A DNA stretch of 64,000 nucleotides from assembly GCA_030390025.1 (NCBI GenBank), contig CM059432.1, positions 47,990,001 through 48,054,000 on the forward strand. The letters run 5' to 3'. Under the pieces are notes generated by a model, which had not been told where the DNA came from, did no database searches, and saw only the letters and a program-made list of their open reading frames with translations. Position numbers and translations under genes: made by a program. The DNA comes from Squalus acanthias. Its lineage: Eukaryota. This document shows, one piece after another, positions 50,030-62,063 of this stretch. Numbering within the stretch: position 1 is the first letter of the stretch; each line of letters starts with the position of its first letter.

Positions 50030-50534
50030 TCTTCCCTTTATAACTTTGGTAGACATTATTTGCCTATTCATTTCCATTTTCAGCTCTTCTCCACATATCA
50101 TGCAATGCTTCAATACCCACTTGAATTTAATCCCTTTCACAAACAGCGTTGGTTCCTGGCTGAGACTATGACTGAATAAAGTAACAGTTCCTTGTCCTCA
50201 TTAAGGTTTTAATTTTATTTTAAGTTTTGTGCTAAGCTGGAGCTGGTAGCTGAAATTGTCACAGACTTACAGGTAGTGGGCTGCACGGTGCATAGGTTTT
50301 CAAAATGGGGTTCCTGGACTGTCGGGGTCTGTGAGGGGTTCCTTGTGGTCAGCAAAATTCTGCGTTTATTAACCTTACGGCCACACTGCTGTTATTTACT
50401 GAGAAAAAATGTTCTCTGCAGTCACGGTGCTGTTTTCCTTTGGGTTACCGACGCTGTCTTTCACAAATAGGAACAGAAAATGCTGGAGGCGCTCAACGGG
50501 TCAGGCAACATCTTGTGGAGAGAGAAAAACAAGG

Positions 50535-50569
50535 GTTAACGTTTCAGGTCGATTACCTTTCATCAGAAC
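50535..50569 (-). ncRNA. Minimal type-I hammerhead ribozyme motif in a Penelope-like repeat (about 50465-50572)
   Basis: Minus strand GTT-CTGATGA-A-AGGT-AATCG-ACCT-GAAAC-GTT-AAC: core, helix II, palindromic helix III and short helix I. Confidence 0.7.
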
Positions 50570-50989
50570 TGTTTTTCTGATGTTGGGACGGGGGTGCCAA
50601 GGAGTGTGTTGACGTTTACCAGCTTTTCCCTCTACTCCAACACAGAAACATGTTGAAAGCCACTGCTGCCCTCTGGGAAACCTTGCACCTTGTAGGACTC
50701 TGCAAGAACTGCTGGATGAAGTGGTCCCACCCATGCAAAGTCAGAGAGAGAGAAAGCAATATAATGTTCTGCAGAAAATCAACCTGCAACAGAGCAGCAT
50801 GTAGTCAATGGAACAGGCAAAGAGGGATTATGTTGTGGAACGCCAGCGGCCAGTTTCATTTTTTGACTATTCCAGACTTGTGAACATCATCAGAAAAAAT
50901 GTAAAGAGTAATAATTGTGTGAGCACAAAGAGCAAAAAATGAATTGCAAATCCGATAAATAAATACAAGTTGTTAAACAAATGTACCTT

Positions 50990-51235
50990 TGTCCCTAATG
51001 TCATTTAGGGAAGAAAACCTGCTGTCCTTACTCGGTCCGGCCTGTATGTCACTCCAGTCCCACACCAACGTGGTTGACTCCAAAGTTCAAGCTGAAGTGG
51101 CCTGGCAAACCCACTCCGTTGTATCAAACAGCTATCAACGGTTCAAGAAGAAGGCCCACCACAGCCTTCTCGGGGCTAAGGGTGGACAATAAATGCCGGC
51201 CTTGCCAGCGACGTCCACATCCTGAAAATGATTTT
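50990..51235 (+). mobile_element. Partial SINE with LINE-B tail
   Basis: Same body and tail as the split SINE at 6137-11832. Confidence 0.7.
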
Positions 51236-51337
51236 TTTTTTTTTTTAAACTGTGTTTATTATTAAGAGGGCGATTTCGGACTGTTCATATTTTTGGATAG
51301 AACCGTTTGAGTGGCCTATCTGGCAATTTTACCCTGA

Positions 51338-53420
51338 CAGCAGCAAGGGGGCTGGAGTACAAGAGTAAGGAAGTCTTACTACAATTGTACAGGGCTTTGG
51401 TGAGACCACACCTGGAGTACTGTGCACAGCTTTGGTCTCCTCCTCTGAGAAAGGACATATATGCCTTAGAGGCAGTGCAACAAAGGTTCACTATATTGAT
51501 CCCTGGGATGAGAGTGTTCTCCTATGAGGAGAGATTGAGTAGATTGGGCCTATACTCTCTGGAGTTTAGAAGAATGAGAGGTGATCTCATTGAAACATAT
51601 AAGATTCTTAGGGGGATTGATAGGGTAGATGCTGAGAGGTTGTTTCCCCTGGCTGAGTCATTGAGTATATTCAAGGCTGAGATAGATAGATTTTTGGACT
51701 CCAGAGGAATTAAGGGATATGGGGATAGGGCGGGAAAGTGGAATCATAGAATGGTTACAGCACGGAAGAAGACCATTTGGTCCGTCGAGCCCGTGCCGGC
51801 TCTCTGCAAGAGCACTTCAGCTAGTCCCATTCCCCTGCCCTTTCCCTGTAGCCCTGCAAATTTATTTCCTTCAGATACTTATCCAACTCCCTTTTGAAAG
51901 CTGTGATTGAATCTGCCTCCACCATCCTTTCAGGTAGTACATTCCAGATCTTAACCACTCACTGAGTAAAAAAGATTTTTCTTACATCGCCTTTGGTTCT
52001 TTTGCCAATCACCTTAAATCTGTGTCCTCTGGTTCTCAACCCTTCTTCCAATGGGAACAGTTTCCCTCTATCTACTCTGTCTAAAATCCTCATGATTTTG
52101 AACACCTCTATCCAATCTCCTCTCAATCTTCTCTGCTCCAAGGAGAACAACCCCAGTTTCTCCAGTCTATCAACGTAACCGAAGTCCCTCATTCCTGGAA
52201 TTATTCTCGTAAATCTTTTCTGCACCCTCTCTAAGGCCTTTACATCCTTCCTAAAGTGTCGTGCCCAGAATTGGACAGAATACTCCATTTGCGGCCGAAC
52301 CAGTGTTTTATACAGGTTCATCATAATTTCCACACTTTTGTACTCTATACCTCTAGTTACGAAGCCCAGGATCCCGTAAGCCTTTTTAACTGCTTTCTCA
52401 ACCTGCCCTGCCAACTTCAATGATTTGTGCACACATATGCCCAGGTCTCTCTGTTCGCGCACACCTTTCAGGATTGTATCATTTAGTTTACAGGTCCACT
52501 CCTCATTCTTTCTACCAAAATGTATCACTTCACACTTTTCTGCGTTAAATTTAATCTGCCACGTGTCCGCCCATTTCACCAGCCTGCCTGAAGTCTATCA
52601 CTCTCCTCTTCACTGTTCACTATACTTCCAAGTTTTGTGTCATCTGCAAATTTTGAAATTGTGCCCTGTGCACCCACGTCAGTCATTAATATATATCAAG
52701 AAAAACAGTGGTCCTAGAACCAACCCCTGGGAAACACCACTGTATACCTTCCTCCAGTCTGAAAAACAACAGTTCACCACTACTCTCTGTTTCCTGTCAC
52801 TTAGCCAATTCAGTATCCATGCTGCCACTGTCCCTTTTAGTCCATGGGCTTCAACTTTGCTGGCAAGCCTATTATGTGGCACTTTGTCGAACGCCTTTTG
52901 GAAATCCATGTACACTACGTCAACTGCATCAACCCTCTCTGTTACCTCATCAAAAAACTCAATCAAATTAGTTAAACACGATTTGCCTTTAACAAATCCG
53001 TGCTGGCTTTCCTTAATTAATCCACACTTGTCCAAGTGACTGTTAATTTTGTCCCTGATTACTGTTTCTAAAAGCTTCCCCACTACCGAAGTCAAACTGA
53101 CTGGCCTGTGGTTGCTGGGTTTATCTTTACACCCTTTTTTTGAACAATGGTGTAACATTTGCAATTCTCCAGTCCTCTGGCACCACCCCCGTATGGAGGA
53201 TTAGAATATTATGGCCAGTACCTCCGCGATTTCCTCCCTCAGCATCCTAGGATGCATCCCATCCACTCCTGGTGATTTATCTACTTTAAGTACAGCCAGC
53301 CTTTGTAATACCTCCTCTTTAGGAGTTGAGGTTGAAGATCAGCTATGATCTCATTGAATGGAAGAGCAATCTCGAGGGGCCGTATGGCCTACTACTGCTC
53401 CTAATTCTTATGTTCTTATG
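51338..53420 (+). mobile_element. CR1 3' fragment (+) interrupted by an antisense CR1
   Basis: RT C-terminus at 51338-51741; the tail resumes at about 53321-53420 (TTCTTATG repeats). Confidence 0.85.
51742..53320 (-). mobile_element. CR1 LINE, 5'-truncated (same subfamily as 7086-8972)
   Basis: ORFs 51959-52579 and 52679-53164; ATCATAGAAT tail. Confidence 0.95.
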
Positions 53421-53835
53421 AGCAGGGGAGTGGGACTAATTGGATAACTCTTTCAAATAAGCGGCACTGGCACAATGGGCCGAATAGCGTTCTTCTGTGC
53501 TGTACGATTCTATGTAAAAGACCCACTGGCACTATCTGAGGAAGAGTAGGGGAGGTGTCCTGGCCAACATTTATCCCTCAACCAAAACCATTTTAAAAAC
53601 AGATGAACTGGTCATTTATCTCATTGCTGTTTGTGAGACCCTGTGGTGCTCAAGTTGACTGAGTGTTTACCTATATTCAAACTAAGTGCTTTGGGACAAC
53701 CCGAGGACATGAAATGTGCTATATAAATGCAGGTTTGGTCATTCTCTCTATAACTCTTTGACTGCTTTATCAGACTTTCATTACCCCCTCCACCCATATT
53801 TGCTATCACCTATGAACTTAGCCAACTGAAACTAT

Positions 53836-55462
53836 AGCCCTGATTTTAAATCAAAGCGGGAGTAGAGCAGCAGGGAAGCCGAGACAGGCGACAAGCCATC
53901 CCAACCTGGGCAGAGTGAGGCCTGGGATATTTTAGCAGATAGTTATTGTCTGGCACTTATGTGCCTCAAATGTTATCTGCCACTTGTCATCCAAGCCTGG
54001 ATGTTGCCCAGCTGTGAGCCTGCCACAGCACTCCACACCTTCAGAGGAAATGGGTGCGAGGAGCCCACATATACTGCACCACAAAAATTACGTCTAATCA
54101 GCACTTGAGTGTTAAACCTACAGGATTCTGGTTAGCACCTCCAGGCAAGTTCAAATTATGGTCATCAGCAATTAGGACCAACATTGTGTGCTAAATCCGG
54201 ACGTTCAGACAGGCGTGTCTTATTAGCACTGCACCCGTTTAGCGCCTGTGGTTATTAGGATCTGTGTGGCGTGAGTGAAGTGCCTTTACAAGATAGTTCT
54301 GAACTTCTACTTTTTTTCTGGTTTTCTCCCCTTACCAACCCTCATTAAGCTCCACTGCTTATCATGGGTGCTGTTTCTCCTTCACTCCTTTGGATGAATG
54401 GAACAGTTGGAGTAAAGGGGACAGCTGGGCCTGTTCGAACACAACAAGCGAGTGGGGGCTGCTCATAGAAGGCCTTATCACAGGGTCTATGAGCCAAGAG
54501 TAACTTTCTTGGATATTTCTGAGGAGCAGTGCAAGAGGAGGCTGCACTTGACAAGGCAGTATATTGTAGCAGGACCTGCTGCCTGCTGGCCAGTGACTGT
54601 CAAAGCCACCACCACTCTTAACTTTTTTGCCACAGGCTCCTTCCAGGCTGCTATGGGGGACATCATCCTTATCTCCCAACTTGAAGTCTGCCAGTTTGCC
54701 GTCATCCCGACCGCAAATTCTGGGCCAATATTGCAATGAGGTCCTTTGTTATCAAAGTGATCAACCCATAGTGCTTCACTAAAAAGAAGGTTTACTAACT
54801 CTACTACTTTATGAGAATGAGAAGTGGTATAATGTAACCATGTGCTGGGTGGTGAAGGATGTGGTGGAGGGGAGGAAATTGTTGAGAGTGGTGGGAGAGG
54901 GGGGAAAGGACTGTTGCCATGTGGTGTTGAGAGGTGGAGAAATGAAGAGCTGTACTCACCCGTGCTACTGTTGAGAGTTCATTGAAGCACTTCCTACACT
55001 GGATCCAGGTCCTGGGCTGAAGCTTCTAGAGGTGACAATCTGTGCATTGTCTCTCCATGTCTAAGAAGAAGGACTTGTTTTTAGGAAACCTTCTGCCATG
55101 GAAAGAAAGGACCTCCAGGGAGGCTTCAAAGAACTTGAGAGCTTGTTTCCTCGACATCTGTGACGTTCTCCTTCTCTTCAGCAAAATTTATCCAGGAGCC
55201 AGAAGGCAATGCAATCTTGCTTTAAAAGGAGCATTGCCGTTTTAAATTGGTCTCTGGCTGACCCATTGCTGGCCTTCTGGAAATGGACAGGTTTCCCAGC
55301 GTGTCAGCAAATCAGCTGGGAAACCTGCCCGTGAGATTCTAATAAGGCCTGGGAGTTAAAATACCCCAGTCCTGTTTTCTGGGGCAGCGGGAGAGTTTCG
55401 AACTCGCCCTGCTACCCACCCACCCACCCACCCAAAACCAGCCCAAAGGTAAAATCGGGGCC
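53836..55462 (+). mobile_element. Internally deleted Harbinger element
   Basis: TIRs AGCCCTGATTTTA / GGCCCCGATTTTA, TSD TAT. Transposase N-terminus at about 54364-54712. Myb fragment PRTWIQCRKCFNEL with a GTGAGT donor on the minus strand near 54960. Confidence 0.75.
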
Positions 55463-57844
55463 TATATATGTTTGAATTTATAAGTATTTCAATAAGAACA
55501 TTTTGGCTCAGAGTGATGTCTCAGAAATATATTTTGGTTAAATATCAAAAATCATTCTCTTTATCTATACAAATCTAAGAAGCAAAGCAAACAATCAGTG
55601 CATGAGCAAAGCTGGCTGCTTGGCATGGTCATGACTGACTTATTTGAACATAGTAGACTCTTATAGACTTACGCCCACTGATTGCCCCCTCCCTTCCTCC
55701 CCCAGTCCCCACTTCTCACGTTTCCATTCAGAAGACTTTTGGATCCTGCAACAAAGCTTTGCTGTCTCACAGTACTTGAGCCAAAGTCTACACAAAAAGA
55801 AATATCTTCCCAGCTGTTTCTGGCTATGATATGCCACTGTAAGTGAACTAAAGGTCTTTTTTCAAATTATTTCAAAGAACAGAAACTCAATAAAGTGATC
55901 TCATTTGAGGGGATTTGTTCAAAGATATTGCTTCTAATTTACATGGCACATCAACAAATTAATTTGTCCAGAAGAACAGTGAATCTATTTTTATAAAATA
56001 ATGGTGTATCTTTCATTGAAGTCAAAATCCTATTAAACTAAGTCTAACTGACAGCAGTTCCTAAGAGTTTAATGTTCTTTAATTATAGACAGAGCAAGCT
56101 TTTCATGAACTTTTCATTAATTAAGATACTGTGGCTTTTGAAAGGTTAGTTTTATCTTGAGAAAGGAATAAGCAGCAGCTACAATGAAGTAATCAAAATA
56201 ATCTGTCTGTGAACTACAAAGCTGCAATCTAATCAAGGGTTCAGATGATTTTAGAAACCATTAGAGTGGATCTTGAGTAGTTAATATAAATTATCTAATA
56301 TCATCTAAACCCTGACATTAAACTGCATCCTTAAGCACATGTGGTACATGCCAATTTATCAATTTTGATGTGGGCAAAAAGTTATCTTTAGAACAATGGT
56401 AAAAGTATAGCAATGAAAATATATCGTGGGAGAAATTGGACATCGATGCGCCCATTTTGAGAGATTAAAATAGGTTCCAAAATCAGTTCACGATCTCACG
56501 TGTCCAATTGACCCCGAAAAGGAATGTTGGAGGCTCCTGAGCCAAGCCATTCAGGAGTGAAGTTAGGAAGCACTCCTTCAGACAAAGGATAGTAGAAATC
56601 TGGAACTGTTAGGTAAGGGTATCAAGGATATGGAGCAATGGCGGGTAAAAGGAACTAAGGTATCAGCCATAATCTAATTGAATGGCTGAACAGGCTTGAG
56701 GGGATGAATGGCTTACTCCTGGTCCTTGTTTCCATTTGCTGGCAGCTTGGAAACTGCGTGATTCACACATCCCAAGGTTAAATTGGCATGAAGGTCTGAA
56801 TGATGTAATCGGACCACCTTATTTCAATATTCATAGGCCCCTGCCTATCTGCAGCAGTTGCTCTCCATGCTCCCAAAATCCCTGGATGTAAAATGGTGAA
56901 GTTGTGGGAACGCTGCAGAAACACAGGAGCTTCCTTCCCAGCTGCCATTTGAACTCCTTATGTGCACCATTCCCGCTGGGTAAGCAAGGCTAAAATCGTG
57001 GCTATATATACAGAAACACATTTGCATTCACATTTATAAACAACATGCTACAATATATGGAGTATATGATGTGTAATGTAAAGCCAGAAGTCAATTACCT
57101 GCAAGGTGATGAGTATCGTTTGTGGATTAGTGCATAGTTGAATGGATAGTACAGCAGGACATGCCATATAACATTTTTAAATATATTTGCTATCAGGATG
57201 TGGGCAACACTGGCATATTTATTGCCTGTCCCTAATTGCCCTTAAGGCGTTAAGAGTCAACCATGTAGTGTGGAAATGGTGTCACATGTAGGCCAGACCA
57301 AGTAGAGGTGGCAGGTTTGTTTCCCTACAACAACGACAACTTGTATTTATATAGCATCTTTAATGTAGAAAAACGTTCCAAGGCACTTCAAAGGAACATT
57401 ATAAAACAAAATTTGACACCGAGCCACATAAGAAGCTATTAGCCAGAGGTTGGTTTTAAGGAGCATCTTAAAGGAGGGAAGCGAGGTAGAGAGGCGGAGA
57501 GGTTTAGGGAGGGAATTCCACAACTTAGGGCCTTGGCAGCTGAAGGCACGGCCACCAATGGTTGAGCGATTAAAATCAGGGATGCTCAAGAGGCCAGAAT
57601 TAGAGGAGCGCAGATATCTTGGAGGGTTGTGGGGCTGGAGGAGATTACAGAGATAGGGAGGGGCGAGGCCATGGAGGGAATTGAAAACAAAGATGAGAAT
57701 TTTAAAATCGAGGCTTTGCATAACCGGGAGCCAATGTAGGCCAGCGAGCACAGGGGTGATGGGCGAATGTTCCCTGTAAGCTGCGTTTTGTTCTGCACGG
57801 CCTGTTTCTTTTAATGTGCGGTCCCTTTAAATTTCTGCGCATGC

Positions 57845-59376
57845 TGTTTATTTGGATCACAGGTCACACACACATTACCCAAAGGGTCTTAGGAGTTGTA
57901 AGGCTTTTTATTAAAGAGCTAGGGGTAAAAATTGAGTCGCGCCCCATTTGGGGCGCTAACCTCGCCGGGGCGCGACTTTTAGCGCCCCGAAAAAATTAGC
58001 GGCCCCGCGCCGGAACTTCAGTGGTTGCGCCCCAAGAGGGAAGCGGGGCGCAACTGGAAGCACCCCGCATCCCTCTTGGGGCGCTGCGAGTGAATATCCT
58101 GGCGCTACGTGCCGCAGCGCCACGCGCTGCGGCACGTCGCGCCGCGGTATTGCAGGCCTTCCTCCCCTTCTTAAAGGGGAGGGGCCTTGCGCAGCGCGAA
58201 CCGGGGCCCAGCTGGGCTCCCAGGGATCGGGAGTGCCGGCAAAAGAGCCCGGCACTCAAGAGAAGTGCCGGGCTCTTGGAGCGCAGCCGGCACTTCACGG
58301 TGGGGGGGCTTCACGGGGGCCGGGGACAGCAACGGGGGCAGGTGCTGGCAGGCGGCCAGCAACAAAAATGGCCGCCTGCCACCTCCCCTTTAAATATCGC
58401 CGCCCCGGCCGCACGTACGCCCCCCTGAACCCGTCGGACATAGCGTCTGGCGGTAAATCAGGGGGCGCGACTGAAGATCACGGCCGGGGCGCGAGCGGGG
58501 CGCTGCGCACGGCGATGACGTCATCGCCGGCGGCGCAGCGCCACAGGGCGCTACCGGCTGCCGCCGCCGCTAACCTCCCACTAAATTTTTCGGGAGGCGT
58601 GGGCGGCGCTGCGCCCGGGCGTTAGCTGCTTTACGCCCCATTAGCGCCCATTTAAGGCGCTAACGGGAGGCGCAAGCAGCTGAATTTTTCCCCCCTACAG
58701 TTTAAAGCACTATCAGATATTACTACATGCGATGGAAATAGATACAGTAGACATACAACCTGTGACAGATGAGGGCAATCTACAGCCCTGGAATGGAATG
58801 AAACAACCGGATGAACAGTGAGGTAGTATGGTAGTCTCGGATTGGGTGGATTCCTGCAGTCTGCTGCAGCGGTCACTTCCTCGAGCTGTTGGAGGTGTTA
58901 GGCCGTCAGCCACCTCAGAGGCTAAACTTGACCAAGGTGTTAGGCCGTAGCCACCTCGGGGAAGCCTTCGCCCCTAACTGCCTGATTTCCTCTCTCGGTC
59001 GTCTATATTTATAGTTATTTCGGTGGGCTGGTGATTACCTGGTGTCAATCATTTGTTCCCCATCCTATTGTCCAATTACAAGGGAGAGGCTACCTATGAC
59101 AGCCCCCTCCCAGCCTCATGAGGTCATCTTCCTCCTTATCTCTGTTCTAAAGGTCTTGTTGCCCTCTCGTAGACAGCTTGTTTATCCTGCAGCTCCTTGC
59201 TGCATCCCTTATCAGCCCTAGTTATGCCCACTCGAAGGCCTGTTTTTGTGTTCTGACCTCTCTGTACAGCTATTTTTCTGACATGACTGGAATCTTTCTG
59301 TCATTAACTTAGGCAAACTGCTGATCTAGGGAACCTGTAACAGACTATTATTTCTTTCAATCCACGATTTCTTACA
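57845..59376 (-). mobile_element. Solo LTR (about 756 bp after removing the MITE)
   Basis: Minus strand TGTAAGAA...AAACA; 4-bp flanks ATGC/GTGC; TATAAATATA 59013-59004; AATAAA 57912-57907. Confidence 0.75.
57922..58694. mobile_element. CpG-rich Harbinger MITE
   Basis: TIRs GGGGTAAAAATTGAG / GGGGGAAAAATTCAG, TSD CTA, many TAGCGCC motifs. Confidence 0.9.
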
Positions 59377-62063
59377 GTGCACGATATTTACAATGGAAAA
59401 GCCGGTGAGCGGCCTGCGCAGGAGATTGCAGATGGCTGCGCGCACGTGCAGCTTAGCGGGAGCAGTGGAGATGGGTGAATGGGACTTGGTGCGAGTTAGA
59501 TCATGGGCAACAGAGTTTTGGATAATCTCAAGTTTACGGAGGATAGAACGTGGGAGGCCAGCCAGGAGTGCATTGGAATAGTCAAGTCTAGAGGTAACAC
59601 AGGCATAGATGAGGGTTTCAGTTGCAGATGAGCTGAGGCGGAGTGGAGTCGAGCGATGTTCCAGAGATGGAAATAGGCGGTCTTAGTGATGGCACGGATA
59701 TGTGGTCGGAAGCTCATTTTGGGATCAAATATGACACAAAGGTTGTGAACCGTGTGGTTTAGCTTCAGACAATTGGCAGGGAGAGAGTTGGAGTCGATGG
59801 CTAGGGAACGGAGTTTGTGGCGGGGACCGAAGACAATGGCTTCGGTCTTCCCAATATTTAGTTGGAGAAAATTTCTGCTCATCCAGTACTGGATGTCGGA
59901 CAAACAGTCTGACAATTTAGAGACAGTGTAGGGGTCGAGAAAGGTGGTGGTGAGGTAGAGGTGGGTGTCGTCAGCGTACATGTGGAAACTGAGGCTGTGT
60001 TTTCGGATGATGTCACCAAGAGGCAGCATGTAGATGAGAAATAGGAGGGGATTAAGGATAGATCCTTGGGGACACTAGGGGTATCAGTGTGGGAGTGGGA
60101 AGAGAAGCCATTGCAGGTGATTCTCCGGCTACGATTAGATAGATAAGAATGGAACCAAGCAAGTGCAGACCCACCCAGCTGGACAACGGTGGAGAGGCTT
60201 TGGAGGAGGTTGGTGTGGTCAACCGGGTCAAAGGATGCAGACAAGTCAAGAAGGATGAGAAGGGATAGTTTACCTTTGTCACATTCACATAGGATGTTAT
60301 TTGTGACTTTGATAAGAGTCGTTTTGGTACTGTGGCAGGGGCGGAAATATGATCGGAGAGATTCAAACATGGAGTTCTGGGACAGATGGGCACAGATTTG
60401 GGAGTCGACAACATGTTCAAGGGCTTGGGAGAGGAAAGTGAGGTTGGAGATGTGGTGATAGTTTGCAAGGATGGAGGGGTCAAGGGTTGTTTTCTTGAGG
60501 AGAGGGGTGATAACGGCAGAGGTGAAGGAGAAGGGGACAGTACTTGAGGAGAGAGAACCGTTAACAGTATCAGCTAGCATGGGAGCCAGGAAGGGAATGT
60601 GGGTGGTCAGCAGTTTAGTGGGAATAGGGTTGAGGGAGCAGGAGGTGGGCCTCATGGACAAGATTAGCTCGAAGAGGGCATGAGGGGAGATAGGAGAGAA
60701 ACTAGAGAAAATTCGAGTTCAGGGCTCGGGAAGGGGAGAAACTTAGAGGAAAGTTGGCTCGGTGGGCATGGGGAAGGGAGGGAAGTGGCAGAGGCAGCTG
60801 ATCGGATGATCTCAATCTCAGTGACAAAGAAGTCCATGAGCTCCTCGCACTTGTTGGAGGTGAGGGGAGACGACATGGGAGAGGGGTTTGAGAAGACGGT
60901 TTGCAGTAGAGAAAAGAAGTCAGAGGTTATCTTTGCATTCCAAAATGATCCTGGAATAGTGCGCAGTTTTGGCAGATGAGAGCAGGACCCGATAGTGCTT
61001 TATGTGTTCCAGCCAGATCTGTCAGTGAATGGCTAAACCAGTTGTGCACCATATCCATTCAAGTCTATGTCCCTTGGACTTAAGGGAGCGAAGATGAGGG
61101 CCGTACCATGGGGAACAGCCAGGGTGAGAGAGAGTAATAGTTTTAATGGGGACTAGGGCATCAAAAGTGGAGTTGAGGTTGTGGTTGAGCAGATCGGTAG
61201 CTGCAGAAATGTCGTGGTGAATGGAGGGCCAAAAACTAGACAGTTGGGATTTTGAAAGTGCAGTTGTAAGTGAATTGGGAGAGAGGTTTTTCCAGGGGCG
61301 GACACAGAAGGAAGTAGGGTTGGGAGGGTGAGGGGGGGGATGTGGGTGGAGAGCGATACGAGGAAGTGATCAGAGATGGCCTTATCTGTGATTGACACGA
61401 TGGGAGTAGCAAGGCCATGTGAGATAGCCGTGAATATGGATTGGAGAGTTTACATGGAGGGAGAGATTAAGGGAGGATAGGAGGCTAGTGAACTCAGAGG
61501 AGAGAGAGCATGATGAATTGAGACATTAGTGGACCAATTGGGAGTTAATGACAAGCTGGCAGCTTCTATGGCTACTTTTATATGGTGACAGCCCAAAAAT
61601 CACCAAATTTTTATGAATTCAATTTCCCAACTGGCCAGGGTGAGATTTGAACTCACAACCAGTACCATAACCACTAGGCCATTGTACCCTTGGGTTAATT
61701 AGGTGCAAAATGTTCTTTCTGCAAGGTAGAAGTGAGCCCATAAAAATCCTGAGGACATTCGGCCTCAGATTGGCAGGAAATAAAGAGAGAAATTTGCAGT
61801 TAGAATTTTAGAGCAACTTACTCTGATGCCTAAATGTAACCTTGGGTCTGATAACATTGTTTACAGTCAGATCAGGCTGCTGGAAAGAGACAATCAGAAA
61901 AGTGCTGGAGGCATGTTGTTCTGTTTTTTGTGGAAACATTAATCGGCTACACTGCTGCAAGTCACCTTGAATAACACCCCATGCTACACTTTGGGTCATG
62001 TAATTGCTTTCTTAGTGATTGTTCTGAATCTGCAATAGTGCAATGGTAAATTAACAGAGTTTT

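Larger units (their letters stand above)
57764..59467. mobile_element. hAT-like non-autonomous element (host of the solo LTR)
   Basis: TIRs ATGTTCCCTGTAAGCTGC vs reverse complement CTGCTCCCGCTAAGCTGC; 8-bp TSD GTGATGGG/GAGATGGG. Confidence 0.8.
57326..61523 (-). mobile_element. L2 LINE (endonuclease end, RT, 3' tail), interrupted
   Basis: ISDHFLV, LLDLSASFDPVDH, HMYADDTHLY, LHWLPVMQSLDFKIL; (TTG)n tail at 57326. Confidence 0.93.
57185..61690 (-). mobile_element. tRNA SINE with LINE-B tail split by L2 (about 57185-57325 and 61520-61690)
   Basis: SINE body ...tttcccta | agacattagtggacc... joins across the L2; tRNA-like head near 61640-61690. Confidence 0.6.

Noticed and set aside
49468..50140. 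Three long His/Cys/Tyr-rich minus-strand ORFs resembling zinc-finger proteins
   Set aside because: They are translations of the 26-bp minisatellite, open in all three frames.
57922..58694. CpG-island promoter or GC-rich genes
   Set aside because: It is bounded by TIRs and a CTA TSD; the ORFs on both strands are GC-content artefacts.
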